DNA of 64,000 nucleotides from Chara braunii (Eukaryota > Plantae > Charophyceae), in NCBI GenBank assembly GCA_003427395.1, contig BFEA01000027.1, positions 4,603,630-4,667,629 on the forward strand, in the 5' to 3' direction. The translations under genes were made by a program, and so were the position numbers. Shown here piece by piece: positions 13,591-27,600 of the stretch. The notes beneath the pieces are model-generated. The model was not told the origin of the DNA. It did no database searches and saw nothing but the letters and a program-made list of their open reading frames with translations. Numbering within the stretch: the first letter of the stretch is position 1; the number at the start of each line of letters is the position of its first letter.

Positions 13591-16500
13591 NNNNNNNNNN
13601 NNNNNNNNNNNNNNNNNNNNNNNNNNNNNNNNNNNNNNNNNNNNNNNNNNNNNNNNNNNNNNNNNNNNNNNNNNNTCTGCACTGCAGTGGAGGACAACAG
13701 GTAAACTTGGACGATAATGCCCTGGGGTGCACCATACAAATGGTCCAAATGATTAGGCCTCCAGGGCTTTTGTGCACATGTCCTCCTCCAAGGCCCTTTC
13801 GTCAGTTTAATACTCCAGAATCAGCCAATTCCACATACTCTTTCGTCAGATTGGTCTCCTGCTTCCCCATGCGTGTGTTGTCCACTCCAGACCACTCGCT
13901 TAACAAACCAACACAGTTGCACATCTCATAGAGAAAGAAGCCAATGCATTGTCTTGACCACACCATCAACAACTAAAATACAAGAAATGCAAACGCAAGT
14001 ACACGAACTCCATATGCATGAATAAACAAACCAAGCAACACCGGTGCGAACAGAAAGGATGCACACGCAAACATTTTGATCTAAGCCTCCAACACCAGTC
14101 AGAAGCCACAGGATCACAACTCCCTTAGTCTGCCACAGAACGAAGACCTTTGTCACCAAGTCATGATTACACCCCGTAAGTTTGAAAGGAGAGAGTGAGA
14201 GGACTGCAAGCCCAAAAGAACCCAATTACACGTTCGTTTTTTGAAAGGCATGCAACACAGGGTAGAGTCTCGGTTGAATTGTTTCCCAAGCATCACGAAG
14301 GAGACCCTCCAAAGGTAATCCTTCTGAGTTACCACCCAGCAAAGGGCCTCACTGCTACACTAGGTGTGAGACAGGGTCAGGCATGCAATCAACTCACCGA
14401 CTCTGGGAAAATATTTCCGGACAAGATTATCGAGAACGAGTTGATCCACCTGGAAAGGAAGCCAACGATGAGTAGTGTCAACTCCAGCAGCAAATTGAGA
14501 AGGGCCACTGCTAAACCTGCCAGACTCGAAATATCTAAAGGCCTCAACTGGTAAAACAGCAAGAACAAGCTCTCAGATGAAGTGCATGGACACAGAGCGG
14601 ACTGAAATTTATACCCTCACCACAAACAGCCCCGTGAACTGAACTGATCACTCGTCAAGATGAGCACACGCCACACACCTGTGCTGCACCATGCCTTGAT
14701 TCATTATACTCAAACACCCATGGACAGGTTTCAATAAGTGCCAGGCAGACATGCCTTAGGCTAGTCTTCTTTTTTTCTTCTTTTTTTTTGCTTTTTTTTT
14801 GCTTTTTTTTTTTAACTAATCTATATTCTTCGCTCATATACCTCACTCTACCTGCCTACCTCCATATACGTCCACTTTTTTTCCAGGGGATGCTCAAGGT
14901 GATAGGTTGAGTTTCCAGCCTTCCCAGTCTATCCTGCTCTGGCGGGGAGCAGTACCCCGGATCCTAACACCTGGCATGAGCTGAAAAGCCACCAACTTGC
15001 ACAACCAGCCAGGAGGCCCAAGCCAAACATCTCCGCCGGTGAACCCAAAGCGCATAGGCTAGCCTCATTCCTGACAGGCACTGAATGGTGAGGGAAACCA
15101 CAAATTCTCAAGCAACCATCTACGTTCAGACCCAAAGGTTACCCATGTACCCCAGAAAAAGTCCAGTGGATGTGAACCTGCACACCGTGACACCACCCTG
15201 TGACCAATCAGATCATGGTCACAAGTATGATAACTTTACGCGTGTGAGAACGTTTTTCTTAACCCTGTGGGTTTAATCATGGGTTTTAAAATTCAGATTT
15301 TTGTTTTTTCTCACTTTTTTTTAATAGAACGCCCCTTCGAATATAACACCCGGGTGTTATATTCAAATAGAACGCCCGGGCATTATATTCGAATGTCGCA
15401 TGGGCAGAGTGCCTTGTAGAGGGAGATTACATGGGTTTTAAAGGGCGGAAAGGGGCGTATACATGGGGTTGAAAGGGGTTTTGACTTCCAACGGGTATGT
15501 TTTGGTTTGTTTTTTTGTTTTCTTTTTTTTATTTCCGAATTTATAAGGATTTCTGAAGTGACCCTCAGCCAAAAGTTGGTGGCATTGCAGTTCTAGACAA
15601 CATATTTTTTTTAACAGAATTTTTGGATTTGTTTTTTTTTTTGTCCGAATTTTGGGGCTCCACCGAAGTTGCCACCAATTTACTGAATACAACGCCCGCT
15701 GGGTGCCATATTCATATACAATGCCCGGGCATTATTCAGGTGAAGACGGTAGTTATCAGTACCATGTCAACATCACGGCTCTTGATGACACCTCGTTTCT
15801 CTCCAATTGTGTTCATTCGAAATCACATGGTCATGCATGCACAGCCTCGCACCAAGGCTTAACACGTCAGGACCTCACCCCCAATGAATCCAGGCAGGTC
15901 AAACATAGTAGAGCTCATTTACAAACATTGATTTCATCTCAGCCAAGCACCTCCACATTCCCATCCTTATACTTGCAGCCTTGTTGATATCGTTAGCAGA
16001 AGCAGCACCGTTGCCACCCCCGTCTCTGTCATCAGTATTGTCGTCACCATTCTTCATCATCACTCTTTATCGCTATCATCATCATCATAATCATGACCCA
16101 GCCCCACAGGGAAAGAATCTGCAATACATGATCTGGACAACTTTCCAAAGATCTGCCTCCCCTTCATCCTTAAAACTGTGAACCAATTGCTATGCAACTC
16201 ACCTGTGCTTCGACCATCTTTTCCGTATAGTAGCCTTCAAAGTAGTCATCAATTATCGCAACGAGACACCTGGAAAAAGGGAACACCACAATTTCAGCAT
16301 ATCGCAGAAGGGACCTACAGAGCCTTCGTGCAGACAACTCAGCAGAGCCCACGCATGTCACCACTTCTGGCATCAAACAGAACATTGTTTGCCACACCTA
16401 CTGTATGGTTGGTATTCATCTGCTCCTCACCCTCCTCTTCCTCCTACCTCTGAAGCGAGGGTTTATAGCTCTATGCCAGAGGTTTGTAGCCTCGTCCTCC

Positions 16501-17077
16501 ATTAAAATTGCCCAACCATGCACGGTTCGATGTTCTACTTAGCTGAGATTTGGCTGCAAGACATGGTGCTGTCCTTACGCTTCAACAACCTCAACTCCCT
16601 TCTGACTGCACATTATCATCTCGCCCCCGTGATGCACATCCTCCTCTCCCTCGTGATTGCACACCACCGTTTTCAACATCACCACAATCAGCATCACAAT
16701 TGCACCACCCAACCAGAGTGAAGAGACAGCAGAAGAAGACAAACAACCATACAGCCATTGTAATTTCCAATGCAAAGAGTTGTGATTGGAAGCACTAGCT
16801 GTGAAGTGAATCGTATGGCAAAGAAGTTTTCAGAATGGCTTTCAAATGCTATCTGAATGTCAATCATTCCACATACCAGAAGGCAGCCTCCTCCGGCATC
16901 AAGAGTAGCAAAAGCGCCGCAAGAAAGTTCATTCCCTGAAGCATAAACCGTACAAGCAAGAGTGCATTCAGTTCAGAGGACCCGTTGCAGCTTCGCGAGC
17001 AAAAAAACGAACCCCTAGGAAAACATATGCTTCACCTTGTTTTCCACTTTTTATAAATGATGTGATGTGCACTTGCA

Positions 17078-17139
<62 letters not shown>

Positions 17140-19552
17140 NNNNNNNNNNNNNNNNNNNNNNNNNNNNNNNNNNNNNNNNNNNNNNNNNAGGACTGTCCCT
17201 CTCCCCCACACATCCCTGCATTGCTCCTCTGAGTGCTTCTGCCCTCCTCTCGACTCCCCAATCATAGCAGCTTCTCCCCCTCCTGCTTCTCCATCTCCCT
17301 TCCACTACTCTAGTCATACCCTTCCTCTCGCACCTCCTGAACCTGACTCTTCCCTAACCTCTTCCCCTACGTCTGACACTCCCCCTTCCCAAGCCCTTTC
17401 CCCTTCCTCTTCTCCCTCAACCCTGCCCCCTTATTGTCTCCCTTCATACCGTTCCACCACCTCACCCCCTAACTTTCTTCTCCCATGGAACCTGCGCCAT
17501 TACCACCCCCTTCCTCCTCAATGTCCTCTTCTTCCCCCAACTCTGTCCTTGCAATCTCAATTACCACACCTTGTCCTCTTCTTGTCCCCTACCCTACATT
17601 GTTACAACCTCATTCCTCCCCATGTCCTCCTCTTCTTCCCCCCCACCTTTCCCATCGCAATCTAAACTCCCCAACCTCCTCCTTCCTGTCTACAAATTTT
17701 CCCTGCCGTTAGAATCAAGTCTTCGGCAGCCCGTCCCTTTCTCCTCTTCCGAGATGTCATGTTGTCTTCCCATCCTTTTCCTATCCTCTCCCCCCATCCT
17801 TGACATTGTGTGATGCTCATCTCCTCCTTCTCTGTCTACTCCCCCACATTGCACAACGCTCCTTCCACTCCCCCCTTCCCCGACATTGCACCATGCTGTA
17901 TCCCCTCTTCCACATTCCCCAACATTGTGCCACGCTCCTCCATTCCCTCTTCCCCCATCGATTACATGCAGCCATACTCCTTCCCTTCTTCCACTCTGAT
18001 ATTCCACTATCACCCCCCCCCCCCCTCTTTCCTTCCTGTGAAGTTGTGCCATGCTCTCACTCCTCTGCCTCCAACTCTATCCATAACTCTTTGGTCCCCT
18101 CACTGTCCTAGTGCATCTTCTGCTCCCCTTCTCTCCCCGCCTTTTCCCCACTTCTCATGTGCCCCTCTTCATTCCCCTTCTCCCCCCAGTCTATTTGAAT
18201 GCATCTCCTCCCCCGCCTTTCCACTGATCCCAACTTCTCCACAATGGCTGTACTTGTCCCCCTTTGCCCCAATTTCAAATCCCCAACAACAGTCACACCC
18301 ATCTTCCTTTTCCCTGATGACGACTTCCCCACCTCCTCTCCCTCCCCTCTGGATTCCAATCCAGAGTCCTCCACATCCTCCTCTCCCTCCCTATTACCTT
18401 TTCCTCCTCTTTCACCCGGTTCATCCAGAGCCCGATCCCATTTTCACGTCCCCTCTTTCCCTCTCTGCTTCTTCCTTATGCTGCCCTCCCTCTTCCCCCT
18501 AATCACTGAGCCTCCTCCTTCTCCCCCCTCATGGCTGTACCCCATGTACAGCAGTTTCAAGGTATAGACCAGTGACAGTGAAGGAAGAGAGAGAAGGAGA
18601 GAGAGAGAGAGAGCGCAGGTAAGCAACATCCGGGGGATCTCTCAACAGCAGTGAGCAGATGCAAGGTCCACAGAGAGACAGAGAGAGCCATGTTGGGATG
18701 TCGTGTTGAAATGTGTGGTGGCACATCGTGTTCCATCAAAATATATGGTGACATGTCATGTAAAGAGAGGGAGAAAGGGGGGGACGGAGAGCCATGGTAC
18801 CGAATCGCATCGAGGTGCACGGTCATACATCACAGCACTTCGAAATCAGTCCCGGTACACACCTCATCCATTTTAGGCCATTGGGGTATCCAGCTGACGG
18901 ACTGGAGCCCACAGTACGGCCGTATGGAAAATCTCTGTTGTGCACCAGTTGAAAGGCACTCTAAAATGTCTGATCGGCTAAAGATACCAGCTGTCGACCA
19001 GCACATAGTCTAGATCCTTCAAGAATTATGTTTTGGAGTATCTATGGTGGTGGGCATGTGATAGGAAAAGGAGGGGAGAACAGCAGAGGTCTTCAGGACG
19101 TTCAATTTCCACTCCACCATTGAAAGAAGAAAAGGTGAGAACTAAAGCTCCATACGATCCTGACTTCAAAAATTCTGGAAGCCACACAATTATGTCTGCG
19201 AGCTAAAGCATTCAGGTAAATTTTCCGTAACAATAAAGACTGGCAACATGTGGCAAGAGTTTAAACCACTCCACTGGGAACAAAAGACACACCTGGCAGT
19301 AGCCAACAGAGGGATTATGACGAGCATAGGCCGTAAGCAAACGCCTCAGTGCATTCCTTCCATTCTGATCCAGAGCTGGATGGCCAGGAAATGTCCTTGG
19401 CAGATCCTGCATGACACATGAGCAATAAAAAGCAACATCAGCATCAACATACACACGAGTTCCACGTCAAAACCAAACTGGTAAACTACAGCATAAGGAC
19501 AGACTACTAGGCACAAAGGTTTCATTGGAGGGCCCATAGGCAACACCATAAT

Positions 19553-19600
<48 letters not shown>

Positions 19601-19601
19601 N

Positions 19602-19676
<75 letters not shown>

Positions 19677-20201
19677 TTTTCTTTTCTTTTTTTTGTGTGT
19701 GTGTGTGTGATTGTGTGCCGTCATGTTTGCTATTCACAACTCCACAAAAAAGTGTGTTTTTGACTGTCACCACTACAACCCTTGTCAACCCAGATCGGTA
19801 GTTCCAAAATCACAACAGTTTCACCTCACACATCTAGCAACTAAAAGAGTGCAGTTTGGGAAACAACTAAAGAAGTAGCAGACAACATGAAGCACACTGA
19901 AAACGTTGTTTGACTTTTTCTGTACAGTAGTTTCTTCTCTTTCCTTGCTTCAGCTTTTTTCGTGGTTTATCATTTAGTTCTTTTAGCTCCTAAATAGCTC
20001 CCCCTTAACTGTGCTTCTCACATACAAGGCTCGCCACATCGATGCAGTCGAGCGTGAGCTGCCCACATCCCCATGTGCCATAACGGCCCACTTGCATGCT
20101 ATGAGGAGGCAGAGTAATGGGGGAGGGTGGAATGTGCACACTCCTGTTTACTTCTCAGCATGCCTTCACCTTATTTTTTTTTTTTTCTCTTAACATGTGA
20201 G

Positions 20202-20252
<51 letters not shown>

Positions 20253-23200
20253 CGGATGCTGGGGCTACCCACACCGTGCCATCAGGCCTGACATTTTTCC
20301 AGGCAGTCCCTTGGCCGCCTAGGCGTCTCCAAGGCCTTTTAGCAACGCTCGTTTTATCCTGGTCTAGGTCTCATTTTCAGAAATGTGTCCGAACATGCAC
20401 AGGTTGGTCCTGTTCAGACCCCTCTGGCAGATACCTTTTCAAGTTTTGCTCCAGCTTGTCTGTTTATGGCTGGGCTTGTGTCCATATTCTTATGCCAGGC
20501 TCGGTTTTCTTTCCAGGCCTAATGCCAAGACAGCAGGGGAGGGCCTGGACTCGGGTAGGGACCCAGGGCACACGTTTTCAGTCTTGGGCCGGTGTTTGGT
20601 CACACGGCCTCCCAGCTGGGCTGCCAAATCCTTGGCCAGTCATATGGCCCCGATGAGAGGCCGGGTTGGATGTTGGCAGGCCCAGTAATATACAGGAGAG
20701 GCCACCCCAGTAGGAGGCAGGTAAACCTTCACTCGTGAATTTCGTGTGCTAATTCATTCTTGAGCTTCCACAAAGTTCATGCCGTCGACGAAAGTGCAAT
20801 AGCAGAAAGAAGATTTTTTGTGAACAGGAGAGGCCAGCCCAGTAGTAGGCAGGTAAACCTTAATTCACTCGTGAATTTCGTGTGCTAATTCATTCTTGAG
20901 CTTCCACAAAGTTCACATCTGTGCCATCGACGAAAGTGCAATAGCAGAAAGAAGATTTTGCGAAGTTTCTCAAGGTCATATGGCTCACTTGAAAGCAAAC
21001 ACAAAGCCAGTTGTCATGATGAAGTTTCAATATTCGATGGCACGCCTCAAAAGCAGAAGTGAAGTCTCTTGCCCCAATGATGTTTCCTTCCCTTGCTCGA
21101 GACAGGCAAGACATAGACCCCGGTGACTTGACATCGAAACATAAACCACAAAGCCACACATGCACTGTGAAACAAATACACAAGAAAACAACGGATACAC
21201 CACATGGGGAACCAAACTGTCCAACACAAAGTATTGAGCTCTGGCAAACCCTGGCCAGCATGTGCTGTGCGGAACAGCAATCACACGCACTGCAATACCA
21301 ACCTTTTCAATTTGGCTGGTCCACTTCTCAAGAATACCATTCTCTGTCTTCTGATAGTTGGCAGCAGACCTGCTCTCCGTATTCAAACCTCCTGTTCCAT
21401 CACCATCGCCGCCTCCATCTGCAAGCAAGACTAATAGCGCATTGTAATGTCCAGGTATCTTCCGCCATTTTGCACCTGAAAATAGCTGCCATAACTGATC
21501 CCCAGGGAACAAAGTTCAAAAAACAGATAAAAGATTGTCAAGCGAGCACCGTGACTCTGAAGTTCTGGAGGCAAGCTGTCATGCACCATCGAACATACAG
21601 CTCGGATCCCAAGTTCTGTTGACTAGTGTTGGTAAGCAACGATGAACTTTAGGGGTAACTATTATTGACCCCCAACAGGTGGAAAGCATCAGGCTATTGG
21701 AAACAATGGGGTGGCTTCAGATAGGGAGAAGAGGACAAAAGACAAGGGCCTGTGACAAACTGTTTATGCATGACGGTATATAGATATATATTTGATGAGT
21801 CGGTGAAACTCCGACGAAACAGTTTGTCACAGCCTCTCATTTGTTGTCCTCTTCTCCCTCTCTGCCTACGGCTTACCAGGCAGCTCTGTTTGACGACATA
21901 TATAGTATATATCGTCAAATAGAACTGCCCGGTAAACCGTAGGCAGAGAGGGAGAAGAGGACAACAAACGAGGGGCTGTGACAAACTGTTTCGTCGGAGT
22001 TTCAGTATATATATCGTCGAACAGAGAATATATATTGTCACACTGTGAATCAGAGCGTGAAGGCGAAAAAAAGCAAAACAAGGAAAGGAAAAGAAGCAAG
22101 GAAGGAAAGCCCCACCTGTTCATCACCTCTTACGTACAAGGTCAGCCACGAGGATGACAGGTTGAGCGCTGGCTGCCCCCATCCCCGTGTGTCACAAGGA
22201 CCCACTTGCACGCAGCCAAAAGGCAAAGAGGTGAAGAAAAGGAGGAGGAAACCAGACCTTACAGAGGCAAGAGAAAGAGAAAGGTCAAAGAAAAGACACA
22301 GAAAGAAAGCAAATGACACATCCCACAGATAAACCAATTGCCACTGTCACTACAAAGTTCAACATATTTCTTTTTTCTTTTTTCTTTTTTCTTTTTTCTT
22401 TTCTCCAGAAATTGTACTTTTTGTCTTTCTTTCTTTTATCTGTTCTACAATTAGTGTTGCTCCTGATCGCTTAATTCTATTGACCAGTCAGGAAGAGGAG
22501 CCCCCACCCCGGCAGATGGGCCAGGCACGCTGAGGATGACGTGGATGTCCACAACGATACCCAAGGAGAGCTACTTCAGCACAGCATTCAGCAGGGCAGC
22601 TAACACGGACCATCCCATCAAAACAGTCCTGACAAAGGGCATGCTGTCCACATGTCAAGAAAACAGCAGGACGTTCATCACAGTGCGGCATCATGCAGTC
22701 CTGGTAGTGTCCTTGAGAACAAAAGGGACAGCGAATATCTGGGTGATAGGGATGTGTACAATGAGGAAATGTTGGACACCCTTCAGCACAGACGGCGGCG
22801 GCTGCAATAGATTGATAATGTTGATGGCATAGCTGATGAATTCCGCAGCCAAGACGCACCGCGTCCCTGTCCCGACAGGTGTCACACGAGACTCGATCAA
22901 TAATCCAGAATAAAGTATGATTCCGTAATGCACACAGAAATTCGTTTATGTCAAAAATAGCCTGAATCATTGTCCCACCATCCCACAGTTCCCACTGGGC
23001 AGCTGCACGAATGAGTGCCATATAATGCCCAGGTCTGTGCAAATTACAGGCAGAAATATGAGGATGGTCATTAAGGTCATCGCCTGGCGTCGCATGATGC
23101 ATAAGAAGGTGGCGACCGTGGAAAGCTAGCTGTAAAAAATTTACAGTAAAGCCTCCTGAGGTAGTATAATTACTACCTTCAGGCGGTGGACCAGTATGGT

Positions 23201-23657
23201 CATACAACAACTGATTTTCAACAGCGTCAAGCTGATAAGCAATTGTAACAAAATGGGAAGCAGTATAACATTGACGCTGATAAGCCCGTAGGCAGACATT
23301 TGTGGCTGTCAACCCACAAGCATTTGGTAGATCTACCCGCAGATCCGATTCGGTCACCACTGGAAAGCTAGGCCTGATCTGGCGGGTTCGGCGCATGAAT
23401 GACGAACGCCGTCAACGTGGCAGAGAAGGCTGTCGGTAAGACAAAGAACCCCGCAGATTAGCATCAACACAACGTCGAGAGGAAGGGGGACTGGGAGGAG
23501 GAGAGAATGAACAAACCTGCCAACGTCCCAATATAGACAGCGAAGACAAAGGAGGGGCCGATCTCAGCCGGCGTGGGGGGGCAAATGATGACGAAGAAGA
23601 AGAAGAAGAAGAAGAAGAAGAAGAAGAAGAAGAAGAAGAGACAAAGACACGGATGAT

Positions 23658-23713
<56 letters not shown>

Positions 23714-24618
23714 AGAAGAAGAAGAAGAAGAAGAAGAAGAAGAAGAAGAAGAAGAAGAAGAAGAAGAAGAAGAAGAAGAAGAGGACGCTGGCAAAGAGGA
23801 AGGAGAAGGAGAGGGAGGGGGAGAGGGAGAGGGAGAGGAAGGCGGAGGGGAAGTGGAAGGTGAAGGAGAAGGAGGAGGGGGAGGGGGAGAAGAAGGGGGG
23901 AGTATATATATCAGCTGTCGTAAGGAAGGGCGAAAGAAAAAAATTAAGCCAGTTACCCACAGCTTCCAGAGCACACCAGTGAATATCTGCATAATACAGG
24001 TCAATGCTAGGTTATTGCAAAAGAGAGAACCAACACAAGTTGACCAATACCACCTCCTCATTGATGACAAGCCACCTTACGCCGAGATGATTGGTAAGCA
24101 TGAGGGAGGATGGTTTATGAGGTTGAAAACTAACAAAGAACCGAATAGCAGCTGCAAACCAGGAACCATTTCAAAGACAAACCGAGGCCGCAACAAGGAG
24201 TTGGCAAATACGTAGAGATGTCATTCGGAGTTCGCACAGAAGACGAAAGAAAAGAGGCAAATGAGGACAAGGAAAAGGACGAGCAGATACAGCTTGGGAG
24301 TCAAAGAACATAGAGAAAGGAAAAGGAACATAAAGACAGCGAACTGAAGAACACAATAACACGAGCAACAGCAGCAGGAAAAGAAAAGGCCAGTCAACAT
24401 CACTAATAATCACCTCTCCTCTCATTGCCATTGGAACTCCTCCGCGGACAAGCGATCGTAGCTCATCATGCCAGGTGCAAACAACAGGTGCATCTTCCTT
24501 GTCATCCGTGTGTCCATTAGTCTCCTCGTCATTATCTCCCACCTTCACTTTCACATCCCTAGTCGGCTTTTCTAATTTATTTTCCTGGCGCTTCTCATCC
24601 CAACCGTTAGATAACAAT

Positions 24619-24654
<36 letters not shown>

Positions 24655-27600
24655 ACTCCTCCCTGCAAGTCTTCCCCCATCCCAGTGGGGGAGGTTCCCT
24701 CGTCCTCGCTCTCTCCTCCATCATTGAAGGGGCCCAATGGCACATCCTCAAGCTCTTCTCGGTCGCTTCCATCATGAGACCTGCACACAACGGTTGAAGT
24801 TACCCAACGCACCTTTGCAATTAAGTTTCTGAGTAAACTTTCCGGGAGAACAAGAACTTGCTAATTCACCTTAATTGTACACTCAGAAGTGGATAAAAAA
24901 CAAAGCAACTTAAAAATGCCAGTACGCCACCCCAGCCTTGCTGAAAATGCAACTCGCAGCCTACAAAAGTTTCAGCCTGCCGGACCACAATGGCTGGCGG
25001 CACCAGTCAAAAAAGAAAGAAAGTGCGCCGATGGCGGTTCGAAAAACCTTGCCGCGCAGTAAAGGCGCCTCCAGGCCCGGGTGTACTGGTGATTTAAAGA
25101 GGGAAATTCAAACTGCGACTGAGAAGTTAAGATTTGTGGACTTTTTGTATCAAATGGGAGAACAGGAAACATGTCGCTGAATGGTACACCCGCACAACAG
25201 ATCATGAATGCAAACCCTGATGGAATGAGATAAAACACTTGCAGTTACACAACACACCTTTGCAGTTAAGCTTCTGAGTACATGGAGGGCGAGAACTACT
25301 AATTATTCACTTCATCATGTCAAGCAAGAACGAATCAACCATGCTAGAAGCAGGCAAAAAAAACGCAGAAATCTCAGTTGGAAAATTCTACCACGTTGCA
25401 ACTCAGAAGTAAGGATTCGTTGGGTTCACTGCATGAAGTGGGAAAACGGGAAACATGTGGCTGAATGATACACACATGTAACAGATCATGAGTTTAAACC
25501 CCAATGGAAGGAGATAAATACAACATTGTTAGAGGCTACCCACTAGAAAAGAAGAGAGTGAGAGAAGGGGAAACAAGCGATTAGGAAGAGATGAAGATGG
25601 AGAATCAAACAGCAAACAGCTGGGGGGAAACAGTCACTGACGCCCAACATTGAACCTGGTCCCCCTAGCGGTTAGCCTAGCACCGTGTTGCAGCATCGCG
25701 GCCGATCCGATTCCCACTTTAAGATTTCCGTCGCTAGCATACTTGCTAGCCTATCAGCATTGTACACGACCCAAAAACAACTATTCCACCCCTCGCTCAA
25801 ACACAGCTGAACCAAAAGCTGACCTATTCCTCAGTCCATAGATTGTGGCAAATAGATGATATTGTAGCCCAGAAAGAGGCCCCTAAAGTGCCAGATGAGG
25901 TGAAAATATTAAAGGAGGAACCCAAGGGAGTCGTGGGTGAAGAGGTCGGGGTACTGCCAGTGGCTATGATCCAAGGCTCCCTTACAGAGGGGTCAGATAC
26001 CATGACTGCTGACCAGGAAGGAGTGTCTAGGCACACAGCTCAGAAACGGAGAAAGGTGTGACAAGTGTGTGTATAAAAAAGACATGCACATTGCAAAAGG
26101 TCAAACGTGCAGGATGCACACAATAGATGAAGCTATACCATTGATCGACATGAATCATATGTGAAACCATAAAGCTTTTGTCAAAGAAAGCATGGGTGGC
26201 AGGCGACGTGGAGAAGAAGAAAGATGTGTACTCGAACGGGAACAAACAGTGGAGCAGCGGGCTGATGGTAGAACAAAAAACTACGCCGATAGTATTCAAC
26301 ACAGCGATAATGGAACAAACAATGACCAGTGTCAGACAAACAGCAGAAGATCGGATGAGTCTGTTCAGGTAATGAAACCCGGAGAATTTGCCTAACTCAG
26401 GAAACCACAGGCACTCGTCTGGCTGACGGCACAGGAGGGGCCAAGAGTGGATGGCCATGAGTGTGAAAGATGAATTGGATGCAAGATAGTCCTTCAAAGC
26501 GAGTGTCAAAATAATAGAGTAAGACGAATTACATGGGTAGACGGAGCATGGACATAGCAGGACGAGCCCCTCACAAGCGTTAACCGGCAATGCCCACAAT
26601 AAAGGATGAGCAAGGCCACAGTTTTGAAGACAGCCCAACTGCTGCAAAAACGTGTTCAAACTTCAAATCTGATAAACTGTCAAAGTGAACAAGCCTGGTG
26701 CTTGATTGGGGGGTTGGGGGGGTGGGGGGGGGTGGGGAATGTTGGAGGTGGAGCTGTAATAATACTTAACAGAGAAACCGTAACCAGCTGCTTTGTCAAA
26801 GATAGTCATATAATATAAGCCACCAGCACGAAGTCGAAGTACAGGAAACATTCTGCTTTGTCAAAGATTGGTCATGTAATGCAAGCCATCGGCACGAAGT
26901 TGAAGTACAGGAAATATCCAATGCTGCTGTTTCATTTGATTGACGCCCATCGTCCTGCTGTGGTTTTCTTCAATTCAAGGCCATAGTCTTCTCACAGCGG
27001 TGACAGTTAACCCCATGAAGGAGCTAATGACATAATCATCATACGACAACCTTGTAACTAGTGAAACTGCTTGGGGACACAATCATTTGACAAAATCACC
27101 GCTGTGGTACGCAGCGTTGCTCTAGAATTGCTGTGGACACAATACAATCATTTATGGCTAGCAACATGGCTGCTCGATGCGCTGCTGCCTGGGGTGCCAC
27201 GTTGATAGTTAAAAAAAAAAAAAAAAAAANNNNNNNNNNNNNNNNNNNNNNNNNNNNNNNNNNNNNNNNNNNNNNNNNNNNNNNNNNNNNNNNNNNNNNN
27301 NNNNNNNNNNNNNNNNNNNNNNNNNNNNNNNNNNNNNNNNNNNNNNNNNNNNNNNNNNNNNNNNNNNNNNNNNNNNNNNNNNNNNNNNNNNNNNNNNNNN
27401 NNNNNNNNNNNNNNNNNNNNNNNNNNNNNNNNNNNNNNNNNNNNNNNNNNNNNNNNNNNNNNNNNNNNNNNNNNNNNNNNNNNNNNGTAGTCTCGGAGCC
27501 AGGCTCATGAATTTGTACTCTGACACTGCACACATTACGGACGTTATTTTGGACACCGGACATTAGAGAAGCATACTGATCTCTCCTTCTGGGCTGTTCA

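Noticed and set aside
17200-18560. Pro/Ser-rich ORFs
   Set aside because: CT-rich low-complexity intron sequence.
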